Shown piece by piece: positions 27,672 to 36,424 of a stretch of DNA of 64,000 bases (within the stretch, counting starts at the first letter, position 1; every line of letters starts with the position of its first letter). The position numbers were made by a program, and so were the translations under genes. The notes under the pieces are model-generated. The model saw nothing but the letters and a program-made list of their open reading frames with translations. It was not told the DNA's origin and searched no databases. The stretch comes from an uncultured delta proteobacterium (GTDB taxonomy: Bacteria; Myxococcota; Myxococcia; SLRQ01), in assembly GCA_963727485.1 (NCBI GenBank), contig CAVSGM010000003.1, forward strand, positions 128,001 to 192,000, written 5' to 3'.

Positions 27672-30458
27672 TCACCCCGCCGCCTGGGCGGCCGTGATCC
27701 AGGTGTCACTGTCGTCGCCCTGCCACACCGGCCGGATGGGATCGAGGCCCAGGGGATGCCCGAGGGCGCCGCCGTAGAGGACCCGGTAGATGGCGTAGAA
27801 CGAGAGCACCTTCTGGACGTAGTGCCGGGTCTCGGAGATGGGGATCTCCTCGACGAAGGCGTCGAGGGGCAGGTGGCCCCGGGTGGCGACCCACCGGCGC
27901 ACCGCCCGCTCCCCGGCGTTGTAGGCGGCCACCGCCAGGGCCACCCGGCCGCGGAAGTCCCGGAGGAGCCGGGCGAGGAACGCCGCGCCCACGGCGATGG
28001 ACACTCCCGGGCGCTTCAGCTTCCAGAACCGGAAGTGGTGCAGGTGGATCGCCCGGGCGATGGGGTAGGCGGTGTGGCGCATCACCTGGGTGAGGCCGAG
28101 GGCCCCGGCCGCCGACCGGGCCCGGGGCTCGAAGCCGCTCTCGGCGCGGATCAGGGCGTAGAGGAGGGCCCCGGGGACCCCGTCCGCCGCGGTGGCCCGG
28201 GCCACGTCCCCGGGCCAGGGCCTCGGGTAGGCCAGCCGGGCGTCGGCGGCGGTCTGCCCGGCGGGGAAGGCGGGCAGGCCCCCCTGCCAGGCCACCGGGG
28301 CCATCCGGTGGGACCGGCGCAGGTCCCCGAGGCGGGCCCACAGGAGGCTGGCCACCCGGCGGTCGGCGTCGACCAGGGTCCCCCGGTCGAGACTGAACAG
28401 CGCCCGGCGGGCCTCCCGGGTGAGCCCCAGGCGCAGGTAGGCCGCGGCGGCGGCGACGTCGGGGTCGAGGCCCGCGGCCGGCTCGGGCGGGGCGACGGGG
28501 GTCGCCGGCCGGCGCCGCGCCACCGCCGCGCGGGCGTCGACCCCCAGCGCCTCCAGCCGGTCCCAGGCGAGGAGGCCGTAGTAGTCGAGGGGGCGGGTGG
28601 CGGCGACCTCGAGGTAGTCCCGGCGCGCCGACCGGGCGTCGCCCTGCATCTCCTGGATCCGCCCGCGCCAGTAGGCCGCGCGCTCGAGGAGGCGGCGCCG
28701 CGCCACCGGCGCGGGCTCCGGGCGGCCGTCGGGGTGGAAGCGGATGCCCAGGGTCGGGGCCGGGGCGGGGCGGGCGCGGCGCACCTCGGGGCCGAGGGGG
28801 GGCCGGGCCCCATGGGGGCGCGCCGGTGGGGCGGCAACCGCTGCCGCGGCGGCGACGGTGGGCAGGCCGATCCCTGCACCGGCGGCGGTGGCCAGGGTGC
28901 CCACGGAGACGGTGACCTCGGCGAGGGACCGGAGCGCGCCGGGCCCGGAGGCCGGCGCCGGGTCGGAGGCCGGGGCCGGGTCGGGGGCCAGGGCCGGGTC
29001 GGGGGGCGGCGCCGGGTCGGGGGCCGGGAGGCGCTCGGGTGACGGCGCGGCCGGCGGGTCGGCGGCGAGGCCCGCGGGGACCCGGACCAGGGGCCGCGCC
29101 GAGGCCGGGAGGCGGGTCACCGTCGACGGGATGGCCGGCGGGGGCGACGCGGGGATGGGCTCGGGGCCCAGCAGGGTGGCCAGCCACGCCCGGGCCGCGT
29201 CGCCGCGCCCGGCCTTCCAGGCGAGCCAGGCGAGGCCGAAGCGGCAGGCGTCGGCGGCCGGGGCGGCGGGGTGGCCGAGGGCGCACCGGCGGTAGAGCCG
29301 GGCCGCGGCCGGGGTGTCTCCGCCCCGGGCGGCGAGGCGGCCGGCCCGGCGCAGGGCCGTGGCCGCGGCGTCGGTCCCGGGGTGGCGCCGGGCGGTGGCG
29401 AGGTAGGCGGCGAAGGCGGCGGTGCTGTGGCGGCGGGCGACGAGGTCGGCGTGGATCACCTCGGCGCCGGCGAGAAGCTCCGGGTCCTTGGCCTCCCGGG
29501 CCACCCGCCGGAGGTAGCGCCGCGCGGTGCGGAACCAGCGGATGTGGACGTAGAGCTCGGCGGTGACGAGATCGAGCTGGGTCCCCGCCCGGTGGGCCCC
29601 GGCCGGGAGGAGGCGGCGCAGGTGGCGCACCGCCCGGAGGGCCCGGCGGGGGTGGAGGTGGAGCACCGCGTGGCGGGCCCGGGCCAGGAGGGCGTCGACC
29701 TTCGGGGGCGCCGGGCGGACGCCCCGGGCGGCGAGGCGGCGGAGCCGGTCCCGGGCCGCCCGGCCGGCGGCGCGCCGGGGCCACAGGGTCGCCACCCCCC
29801 GGTCGAGGGCGGCGGCGTCCCGGAGGCGGTCCTGGGCCTGGCGCCTTTGGCCGGTGCGGGCGAGGTGCCACGCCTGCCGCTCCAGGCACCCCGCGAGGAG
29901 CCCCCAGGCCCGGTCCTCCCGGGGGGTGCCCTCGAGGGCGGTGACCGCGCGGTCGGCGAGCTGGCAGGCGGCGTCCACCGCGCCCCGGGCGAGGCGGGCC
30001 CGGACCCGGAGGGTCACCGCCTGGAGGCCGAAGCGGCTCCCCAGGGGCACGGCACCGAGGGCCGCGGCGGCGGCCTGGAGGTGGCCGGTGCGGGCGAGGA
30101 GGTCGCCGTGGTACCAGGCCACGTCGGCGGCGAGCCCCGGGGGCGCCGCCGGGCCGTCGAGGGTGGCGAAGATCGCCAGGGCCTCGCCGGCGCGTCCGGC
30201 CCGGCGCAGGGCCAGGGCCCGGACGAAGGCCAGGGCCGGGGCGCTCCGGGGATCGAGGCGGGGATCGGCGCCGGCGCGGCCGGTGAGGTCCAGGGCCCGG
30301 GCCAGGGCGTGGCGGTCCACGGCCCGGGCGGCGGCGCGCACCTGGGGATCGGAGAGGCCCGGGAGCCTTGGCAGGGCGGTGGCCGCGCGGGCCGGCCCCG
30401 CCGAGGCGACGGCACCGGCCACGATGCAGGCGCCGAGGGTCCGACGAAGCACGGGCAT
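27672..30458 (-). CDS. Soluble lytic transglycosylase (SLT domain) with TPR-like helical region
   Basis: ALIRAESGF, S.AGALGL.QVM, AAYNAG, FVEEIP..ETRHYV.KV; signal peptide. Confidence 0.88.
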   Translation of the reverse strand: MPVLRRTLGACIVAGAVASAGPARAATALPRLPGLSDPQVRAAARAVDRHALARALDLTGRAGADPRLDPRSAPALAFVRALALRRAGRAGEALAIFATLDGPAAPPGLAADVAWYHGDLLARTGHLQAAAAALGAVPLGSRFGLQAVTLRVRARLARGAVDAACQLADRAVTALEGTPREDRAWGLLAGCLERQAWHLARTGQRRQAQDRLRDAAALDRGVATLWPRRAAGRAARDRLRRLAARGVRPAPPKVDALLARARHAVLHLHPRRALRAVRHLRRLLPAGAHRAGTQLDLVTAELYVHIRWFRTARRYLRRVAREAKDPELLAGAEVIHADLVARRHSTAAFAAYLATARRHPGTDAAATALRRAGRLAARGGDTPAAARLYRRCALGHPAAPAADACRFGLAWLAWKAGRGDAARAWLATLLGPEPIPASPPPAIPSTVTRLPASARPLVRVPAGLAADPPAAPSPERLPAPDPAPPPDPALAPDPAPASDPAPASGPGALRSLAEVTVSVGTLATAAGAGIGLPTVAAAAAVAAPPARPHGARPPLGPEVRRARPAPAPTLGIRFHPDGRPEPAPVARRRLLERAAYWRGRIQEMQGDARSARRDYLEVAATRPLDYYGLLAWDRLEALGVDARAAVARRRPATPVAPPEPAAGLDPDVAAAAAYLRLGLTREARRALFSLDRGTLVDADRRVASLLWARLGDLRRSHRMAPVAWQGGLPAFPAGQTAADARLAYPRPWPGDVARATAADGVPGALLYALIRAESGFEPRARSAAGALGLTQVMRHTAYPIARAIHLHHFRFWKLKRPGVSIAVGAAFLARLLRDFRGRVALAVAAYNAGERAVRRWVATRGHLPLDAFVEEIPISETRHYVQKVLSFYAIYRVLYGGALGHPLGLDPIRPVWQGDDSDTWITAAQAAG
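28957..29028. repeat. Four imperfect 18-bp tandem repeats in the SLT gene (Pro-Ala-Asp linker)
   Basis: GCCGGGTCGG-N8 units at 28957, 28975, 28993, 29011. Confidence 0.7.
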
Positions 30459-30578
30459 GAAGACCACCATAGACGTCCGGGACCGCCCGGGCCACGTGCC
30501 CCATGCGCCTTGCGACCCATCCCGGGCGCTGCCTATACTGGCCCCGCCGGCTGGCCCCCCCAGCCCTCGAGCCCCCCG

Positions 30579-30932
30579 ATGACTGCGGTCCTCGTCCTCC
30601 TGGTCGTCTCCCTCACGGCGTACTTCGCCCTGCGGCTGCGCGAGGCGAAGCGGTCCCGCCTCGCCCTCGAGGCCGAGCTGCGCGCCGTCCAGGGCCGGTT
30701 GATGCAGGTCGAGGGGCACCTCGGCGGGGCCCACGAGGACCTGGTCGTCCTCACCCACGTCCTCGTCGAGCGCGGCGTCGCCGACGAGGAGGACCTCGAC
30801 GAGATCCGCCAGCGGGTGGTGGAGCAGCCCATCCGCCGGGCCGAGGAGCGCGAGGAGCTCCTCGAGGGCTCGGGGCTCTCCGACGACGCGGTGGTGGTCG
30901 AGGGCCCCGACCCGGGCCGGACCATCCACTGA
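30579..30932 (+). CDS. Hypothetical single-pass membrane protein with coiled coil
   Basis: N-terminal TM helix, acidic tail, host codon usage; TATACT upstream. Confidence 0.7.
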   Translation: MTAVLVLLVVSLTAYFALRLREAKRSRLALEAELRAVQGRLMQVEGHLGGAHEDLVVLTHVLVERGVADEEDLDEIRQRVVEQPIRRAEEREELLEGSGLSDDAVVVEGPDPGRTIH

Positions 30933-31026
30933 CCGCCCCGGCCGCCCGGCCCCAGGCGCGTGTTGCGGACAGCGCCTCGTCGCTTGAGGCGCCGGGGGTG
31001 CCCTGGCGGTGGGGGCGCGACCCGTC

Positions 31027-31089
31027 GAATACGTCACAACGTATCCCATTGGGGCAATCCGCCCCAACGTATCCCAACGTGACGCATTC
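31027..31089. repeat. Nested inverted and direct repeat element between convergent genes
   Basis: GAATACGTCAC/GTGACGCATTC arms, TTGGGGC-N5-GCCCCAA inner stem, CAACGTATCCCA at 31037 and 31065. Confidence 0.65.
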
Positions 31090-31263
31090 AGAGGGGTGCC
31101 GAGGGTGCCCTCGGCGCGGAGTGGAGCGACAGCGGCGAGAGTCCCGACGACTGCGAGCACCACCCACCGATGATGGAGCGGGTCAAAGAGACCACCGGGT
31201 CCTACCTGGCGCGGGTGCTGGCGGACGCGGGCGCCTGGCGGGCGGCGTCTCCGCGACACGCCC

Positions 31264-33006
31264 CTAGAACCCGGCGGCCACCCCCTCGCCCCGGGGGTCG
31301 GCGGCGCCGAAGCGCACCCGGGTCCCGGGGTCCACCAGGATGCACGCGGCGTTCCCCCAGGGCCGCCGTCGCACCAGGTGGTGCCCGAGGGCCTCGAGCC
31401 CGGCGATCGTCGCCGGGTCCAGGCCGTGGGGCTCGTAGTAGGTCTCATCCGGGAGCCACTGCTCGTGGATCCGCGGCGCCGCCACCGCCTGGGAGAGGTC
31501 CATGTGGAAGTCGACCACGTTCAGGAGCACCTGGAGGACGGTGGTGATGATGGTCGGCCCCCCGGGGGCGCCCAGGGCCAGGTAGAGCTTCGCGTCCTTC
31601 CCCTCGCCCCGGAACACCAAGGTCGGCGACATGCTGGACAGCGGGACCTTCCGCGGGGCGATGGCGTTGGCCTCGCCCTGCACCAGCCCGTAGACGTTGG
31701 GCTGGCCCGGGGCCGAGGCGAAGTCGTCCATCTCGTCGTTCATCAGCACCCCGGTCCCCGGCGCCATCACCCCGGCGCCGAAGCCGTAGTTGATGGTGGT
31801 GGTGAGGGCCACCGCGTTCCCGGCGGCGTCGACCACCGAGAGGTGGGTGGTGTCGGGGCTGGGGTCGCGCTCCGGGGCCAGGTGCTGGGGCAGGTCCCTG
31901 GACGGGGTGGCGTGGAGGGGGTCGATGCCGGCGCGCAGCCGGTCGGCGTAGGCCATGCTGGTGAGCCTCGCCACCGGGTCGTCGACGAAGGCCGGGTCGC
32001 CGAGGTCGGTGTTCCGGTCGGCGAAGACCCGGCGCAGGGTCTCGATGAGCAGGTGCAGCGAGCGCACCGAGTGCCAGCCGTCCCGGTCGAGGTCGAAGCG
32101 CGAGAGGAGGTTGAGGGCCTCGGCCAGCGCGATGCCCCCGGACGAGGGCGGCGGCATGCTCTCGATGGTCAGCCCCCGGTAGTGGGCGACGATGGGGCGC
32201 CGCTCGGTGGGGCGGTAGGCGGCGAGGTCGTCGGCGGTGAGGACCCCGCCGCCGGCGGCGCTCCCCGTGGCGATGGCCGCGGCCACCGGCCCCGCGTAGA
32301 AGGCCCGGGCTCCGTCTTTGGCGATGGCCGTGAGGGTCCTGGCCAGCTCGGGCTGGACGACGCGGTGGCCGAGGGGCGGGACCTGCGGCGGCCCGCCGTC
32401 CGGGCCCGGGACCAGGAAGATCCGCGCCGCCGACGGGTCCTTCCGGAGCAGGGCCAGGCGCCACGCGGCGACCTCCCGGTACCGGGGCGTGACCCGGAAG
32501 CCCGCCTTGGCCAGCGCGATCGCCGGGGCCATGACCTGGGCCCTCGGGAGGGTGCCCCACTTCGCCAGGGCGTGGAGCAGACCGGCGACCTCGCCGGGGA
32601 CCGCCACCGAGAGCCACCCGTCCCGGGACAGGTGGGGCACGTACGTGCCGTGGACGAGGTACATGTCCCGGCTCGCCTTCAGGGGCGCCATCTCCCGGAA
32701 GTCCAGGGTCGTCGTCTTCCCGGCGAGCTTCTGGTGGAGGACCAGGAAGCCCCCGCCGCCGAGGCCCGAGCTGTAGGGCTCGCACACGGCGAGGGCGAAG
32801 GTGGCGGCGACGGCGGCGTCGACGGCGTTCCCCCCGGCCTTCAGCATGGCCAGGCCGGCGGCGGTGGCCTCGGGGCGGGCGGTGACCACCATCCCGTTCG
32901 CGCCGCGCACCGGCGGCGGGGCGGCGGCCCGCGCGGCACGCCCCGGTGCGAGGATCAGGGCCAGGGTGGCGAGGGCGAGGGCGAGGGGTCGGGGAGCGCG
33001 GCGCAT
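31264..33006 (-). CDS. ggt: Gamma-glutamyltransferase
   Basis: GGNAVDAAVA, SSGLGGGGF, DFRE.AP, TTHLSVVD, NDEMDDF, PLSSMSP. Confidence 0.95.
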   Translation of the reverse strand: MRRAPRPLALALATLALILAPGRAARAAAPPPVRGANGMVVTARPEATAAGLAMLKAGGNAVDAAVAATFALAVCEPYSSGLGGGGFLVLHQKLAGKTTTLDFREMAPLKASRDMYLVHGTYVPHLSRDGWLSVAVPGEVAGLLHALAKWGTLPRAQVMAPAIALAKAGFRVTPRYREVAAWRLALLRKDPSAARIFLVPGPDGGPPQVPPLGHRVVQPELARTLTAIAKDGARAFYAGPVAAAIATGSAAGGGVLTADDLAAYRPTERRPIVAHYRGLTIESMPPPSSGGIALAEALNLLSRFDLDRDGWHSVRSLHLLIETLRRVFADRNTDLGDPAFVDDPVARLTSMAYADRLRAGIDPLHATPSRDLPQHLAPERDPSPDTTHLSVVDAAGNAVALTTTINYGFGAGVMAPGTGVLMNDEMDDFASAPGQPNVYGLVQGEANAIAPRKVPLSSMSPTLVFRGEGKDAKLYLALGAPGGPTIITTVLQVLLNVVDFHMDLSQAVAAPRIHEQWLPDETYYEPHGLDPATIAGLEALGHHLVRRRPWGNAACILVDPGTRVRFGAADPRGEGVAAGF

Positions 33007-33182
33007 CACCGGTCCACCCAAGCCCGACCGGCCCGGGATTTCAAGGCCCCCGGGCGCGCGACGGGTCGCCGAGCCGTGACCCCGGTCGACACACGACGAA
33101 AATGGCGGCCAATCGGCGGTTGACAACGGCCCCATAAGGCGGCTTGCCTAGTGGGCGATGCGGGGGCCGGCCAGAGAACCAG

Positions 33183-34172
33183 ATGGAGTTCAACCGCCTT
33201 GACGTGCCGCGCCCGGCGTGGCCCTCGGGGCCGCTGCCGGCGGCGATCTCCGCTCTCTCCTCGTGGGCCCTGGGTCTCGCCGCGGGGCTGACGGGGATCT
33301 TCGGTCTCCGGGCCCTCGGCGCCGGCGGCGCCGATCCCTGGGGCCTCGCCGTGGCCCCGCTGGGCATCGTCGCCGGGGCGGCGCTGGTGGAGGCCCTGTG
33401 GCCGGCGCGGATCGTGGTGCGGCGCCAGGGCGAGGTGGTGCGCGCCGGCCGGCTGCGCCTCCCGGTGGGGGTCGGCGACCTCGGGGTGACCCGGGTGGCG
33501 TCCGGCGGGGGCGAGACCTACGCCGTGCGGTGGATCGGACCTGGGGGCGAGGTGCGCCCCTGCGCCACCGGCTCCGACCCGGCGGTGATCGACGCCTACG
33601 CCGAGGGCCTCGGCCTGGTGGGGGGCTACGCGGTGCGGTGGGCCGGCCGGCGCCCGGCGGCGCGCCCGGCGGCGGACCCGGTGGTCCTCTCCCGGGCGGT
33701 GCGCCTCACCCGCCCGGCCCCGGGGACGGTGGCCCTGCGGCCCCGGGGTCCCGGGTGGCGCGAGCTCCTCCTCGGGAGCCTGGTGCTGTGGACGGGGACG
33801 GCCCTGGCGGTGGCGGTGGCCTACCCCTTCGCCCCCGGGCCCCTGGACTTCGGGTCGACGCTCCTGGCCTGGGAGGGCGCCTCCACGCTCCTGCTCGGGG
33901 TCTACGCCGCCGCGCCGGCGGTGGCGGGCCTGGAGCTGGTCGCCTCCCCGGCGGGCCTCACCCGGATGAGGCGCCTCCTCGGCGCCCTGGTGGCCAGCCG
34001 CCGGCGCCTCGCCCCCGAGGTGGTGGTCGCCATCTCCCTGACCCGGCGCAGCCGGTGGCAGCTCTTCGCCGCTACCGCCGACGGTCCGGTGGGCCTGGGC
34101 CGCTACACCCTCCGAGGGGACGCGGAGGGGGTCCGCACGCTCCTCCAGGCGGCCCTCGACGGCGAGGCCTAG
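33183..34172 (+). CDS. Hypothetical membrane protein
   Basis: Two TM hairpins each followed by a soluble segment; no recognised motif. Confidence 0.55.
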   Translation: MEFNRLDVPRPAWPSGPLPAAISALSSWALGLAAGLTGIFGLRALGAGGADPWGLAVAPLGIVAGAALVEALWPARIVVRRQGEVVRAGRLRLPVGVGDLGVTRVASGGGETYAVRWIGPGGEVRPCATGSDPAVIDAYAEGLGLVGGYAVRWAGRRPAARPAADPVVLSRAVRLTRPAPGTVALRPRGPGWRELLLGSLVLWTGTALAVAVAYPFAPGPLDFGSTLLAWEGASTLLLGVYAAAPAVAGLELVASPAGLTRMRRLLGALVASRRRLAPEVVVAISLTRRSRWQLFAATADGPVGLGRYTLRGDAEGVRTLLQAALDGEA

Positions 34173-35317
34173 AGGAAGCGCAGGGCCACGGTGTCCTGGA
34201 ACCGGAGCCCCCGGGCGGTGGGCGCCACCCGGTCCCCGTCCCGGGCGAGGAGCCCCTCGGCGACGAGGCCCTCGAGGGCGCCGGCGTGGCGCACCCGGGG
34301 ATCGACGCCGGTGCGCCGGAAGAGGGCGTCGAGATCCACGCCGTCGACCAGGCGCAGCCCGGTGAGCAGGGCCTCGGCGAGGCGGGTCTCCGGGTTCAGG
34401 GTCTCGGTGAAGGCGGCGGGGAGGTCGCCGTCGTCGAGGGCCCGGCGCCACCGGCCCACGCCCTTGTGGTTCTGGTAGCGGTGGGCGGCGCCGTCCCCGT
34501 CGAGGCGGTGGCCCGCCGCCGACGGCCCCAGGGCGAGGTAGGTGGCCCCGGTCCAGTAGCCGGTGTTGTGCACCGCCCGGTGGCCGGGCCGGGCGTGGCT
34601 GGCGACCTCGTAGCGGGCGAGGCCGGCGGCCTCGAGGGCGCCCCGGAGGGCGTCCTCCTGGGCCACCACCGCGGCGTCCCCGGGGACGGCGAGGGCCCCC
34701 CGGCGGACCTGCCGGGCGAGCGGCACCCCACTGTCCAGGGTCAGGGCGTAGGCGCTCACGTGGTCCGGGGCGGAGGCGGCGGCGAGGCGCCCGTCGGCGG
34801 CGGCCTCGGCGACGGTCTCACCCGGGGCGCCGTAGATGAGGTCCACGGACACGTCGTCGATCCCCGCGGCCCGGGCCCGGTCCACCGCCCGGGCGCTCTC
34901 GGTCGCGTCGTGCCACCGGCCGAGGGCCCGGAGCACCCGGGGCTGGAAGCTCTGGGTCCCGAAGGAGACCCGGTTCACCCCCGCGGCCCGCGCCTCGGCG
35001 AGGTGTCGCGACTCGGCGACGCCGGGGTTCGCCTCCAGGGTCACCTCGGCGCCGGCGGCCACCGGGACCCGGGCGGCGAGGCCCTCGAGGAAGCGCCCGA
35101 GCTCGGCGGGATCCCAAAGCGACGGGGTCCCGCCCCCGAGGTACACCGACCCCGCCGGCTCGGTGGGCCAGGGCTCCCGCTCCAGGCGCCGGTCGAGCTC
35201 GACGAGCAGGGCGTCGGTGAACGCCCGCTGGGGGATGCTCGCGACCACGTGGACCCCGAAGTCGCAGTAGGGGCACTTGGCGGCGCAGTAGGGGAAGTGG
35301 ACGTAGACGGAGTGCAT
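34169..35317 (-). CDS. hemW: Radical SAM heme chaperone (HemW/HemN-like)
   Basis: YVHFPYC..KCPYCDF, GGGTPS, E.NP, NRVSFG.QSF, YEV, HN..YW. Confidence 0.88.
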   Translation of the reverse strand: MHSVYVHFPYCAAKCPYCDFGVHVVASIPQRAFTDALLVELDRRLEREPWPTEPAGSVYLGGGTPSLWDPAELGRFLEGLAARVPVAAGAEVTLEANPGVAESRHLAEARAAGVNRVSFGTQSFQPRVLRALGRWHDATESARAVDRARAAGIDDVSVDLIYGAPGETVAEAAADGRLAAASAPDHVSAYALTLDSGVPLARQVRRGALAVPGDAAVVAQEDALRGALEAAGLARYEVASHARPGHRAVHNTGYWTGATYLALGPSAAGHRLDGDGAAHRYQNHKGVGRWRRALDDGDLPAAFTETLNPETRLAEALLTGLRLVDGVDLDALFRRTGVDPRVRHAGALEGLVAEGLLARDGDRVAPTARGLRFQDTVALRFL

Positions 35318-35321
35318 CGCC

Positions 35322-36356
35322 TCACGAACCGTCCGGATCCGGCGGGACGTCCCGGCCCTCGCCGAAGCCCAGGGTCCAGAAGCGCAGGGTGCCCCCGGCC
35401 TCCCGGGCGGCCTCGACCGCCGCCTGGATCCGCGCCGGGGCCTCGAGCTGCCCGTCGTCGGCGAGGCGGAAGGTGCCGAAGTGGATGGCCACGCTGGTCT
35501 TCGCCTCGAGGACGTAGTGGGCGCGCACCGCGTCGGCGGGGGAGAGGTGGACCCGGCCCATGAACCACTCGGGGCGGAAGGCGCCGATGGGGAGCATCGC
35601 CAGGCGCACCCGGCCGAAGCGGGCGCGGATCTCGGCGAAGTGGGGGCCGAAGGCGGTGTCCCCGGCGAAGTAGGCGGCGCCGGCGGGGCCCCGGACCACG
35701 TAGCCGCCCCAGAGGGCGCGGTTTCGGTCCCAGGGCATCCGGTTGGAGAAATGCTTCGCCGGGACCCCGAAGACCTCGACCCCCGGGGCGACCTCGACCG
35801 ACTGCCACCAGTCGAGCCCGGTGGCCTTCAGGCCCGCCCCGGCGAGGATCCCGGCGTTGCCCAGGGGCACCACGAAGCGCGGGTGGAAGCGCGCCTCCAG
35901 GCGCTTCAGGGTGGGCAGGTCGAGGTGGTCGTAGTGGTTGTGGCTGACGAGGACCACGTCGATGGGCGGCAGGTCCTCGAAGCGGATCCCCGGGGGGCGC
36001 ACCCTCGCCGGGCCGGCGAAGCCCACCGGGCTCGCCCGCTCGGACCAGATGGGATCGGTGAGGAGGTTCACCCCGTCCATCTGGACGAGCATCGTCGCGT
36101 GGCCCACGAAGGTCACCCGCAGCGCGCCGGGGCCCACCCGGGTCGGCGGCTTCGGCCCGGGGACCGCGTCCTCGACCTTCGCCCAGGGCCCGGGCTGCCG
36201 GTGCCTTGCCCAGCGCAGGAGGTCGCCGAGATCCGCCTCCCCCCGGGGGTCGGCGATCTCGTTGTGGAAGCGGGTGCCGTCGAAGTGGTCCGTCACGGGG
36301 AAGGTGGCCGCGGCGCCGAGGAGGGCGGCGCCAAGGAGCAGGTGAAGCGGGCCCAT
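35322..36356 (-). CDS. MBL-fold metallo-hydrolase (NAPE-PLD/RomA-like)
   Basis: LLTDPIWSER, SHNHYDHLD, FAGDT, LPIGA, IHFGTF. Confidence 0.9.
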   Translation of the reverse strand: MGPLHLLLGAALLGAAATFPVTDHFDGTRFHNEIADPRGEADLGDLLRWARHRQPGPWAKVEDAVPGPKPPTRVGPGALRVTFVGHATMLVQMDGVNLLTDPIWSERASPVGFAGPARVRPPGIRFEDLPPIDVVLVSHNHYDHLDLPTLKRLEARFHPRFVVPLGNAGILAGAGLKATGLDWWQSVEVAPGVEVFGVPAKHFSNRMPWDRNRALWGGYVVRGPAGAAYFAGDTAFGPHFAEIRARFGRVRLAMLPIGAFRPEWFMGRVHLSPADAVRAHYVLEAKTSVAIHFGTFRLADDGQLEAPARIQAAVEAAREAGGTLRFWTLGFGEGRDVPPDPDGS

Positions 36357-36424
36357 GGGTCAGTGATAGGCCCGCGGGCCCGGGCCGCCCGCTCGGGGCC
36401 GCCGGCTCGGGGTCGCCGGGGGGC

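Noticed and set aside
31027..31089. CRISPR array
   Set aside because: Only two 12-bp repeats 16 nt apart and no cas genes
31170..31547. ORF MMERVKETTG downstream of the structured element
   Set aside because: Mostly overlaps ggt in antisense, with no recognisable motif
12715..33006. Poly-gamma-glutamate capsule system (CapA, ggt, RimK)
   Set aside because: Genes are scattered in different operons and capB/capC are absent
33120..33155. Sigma-70 promoter based on TTGACA at 33120
   Set aside because: No acceptable -10 hexamer at 16-18 nt spacing
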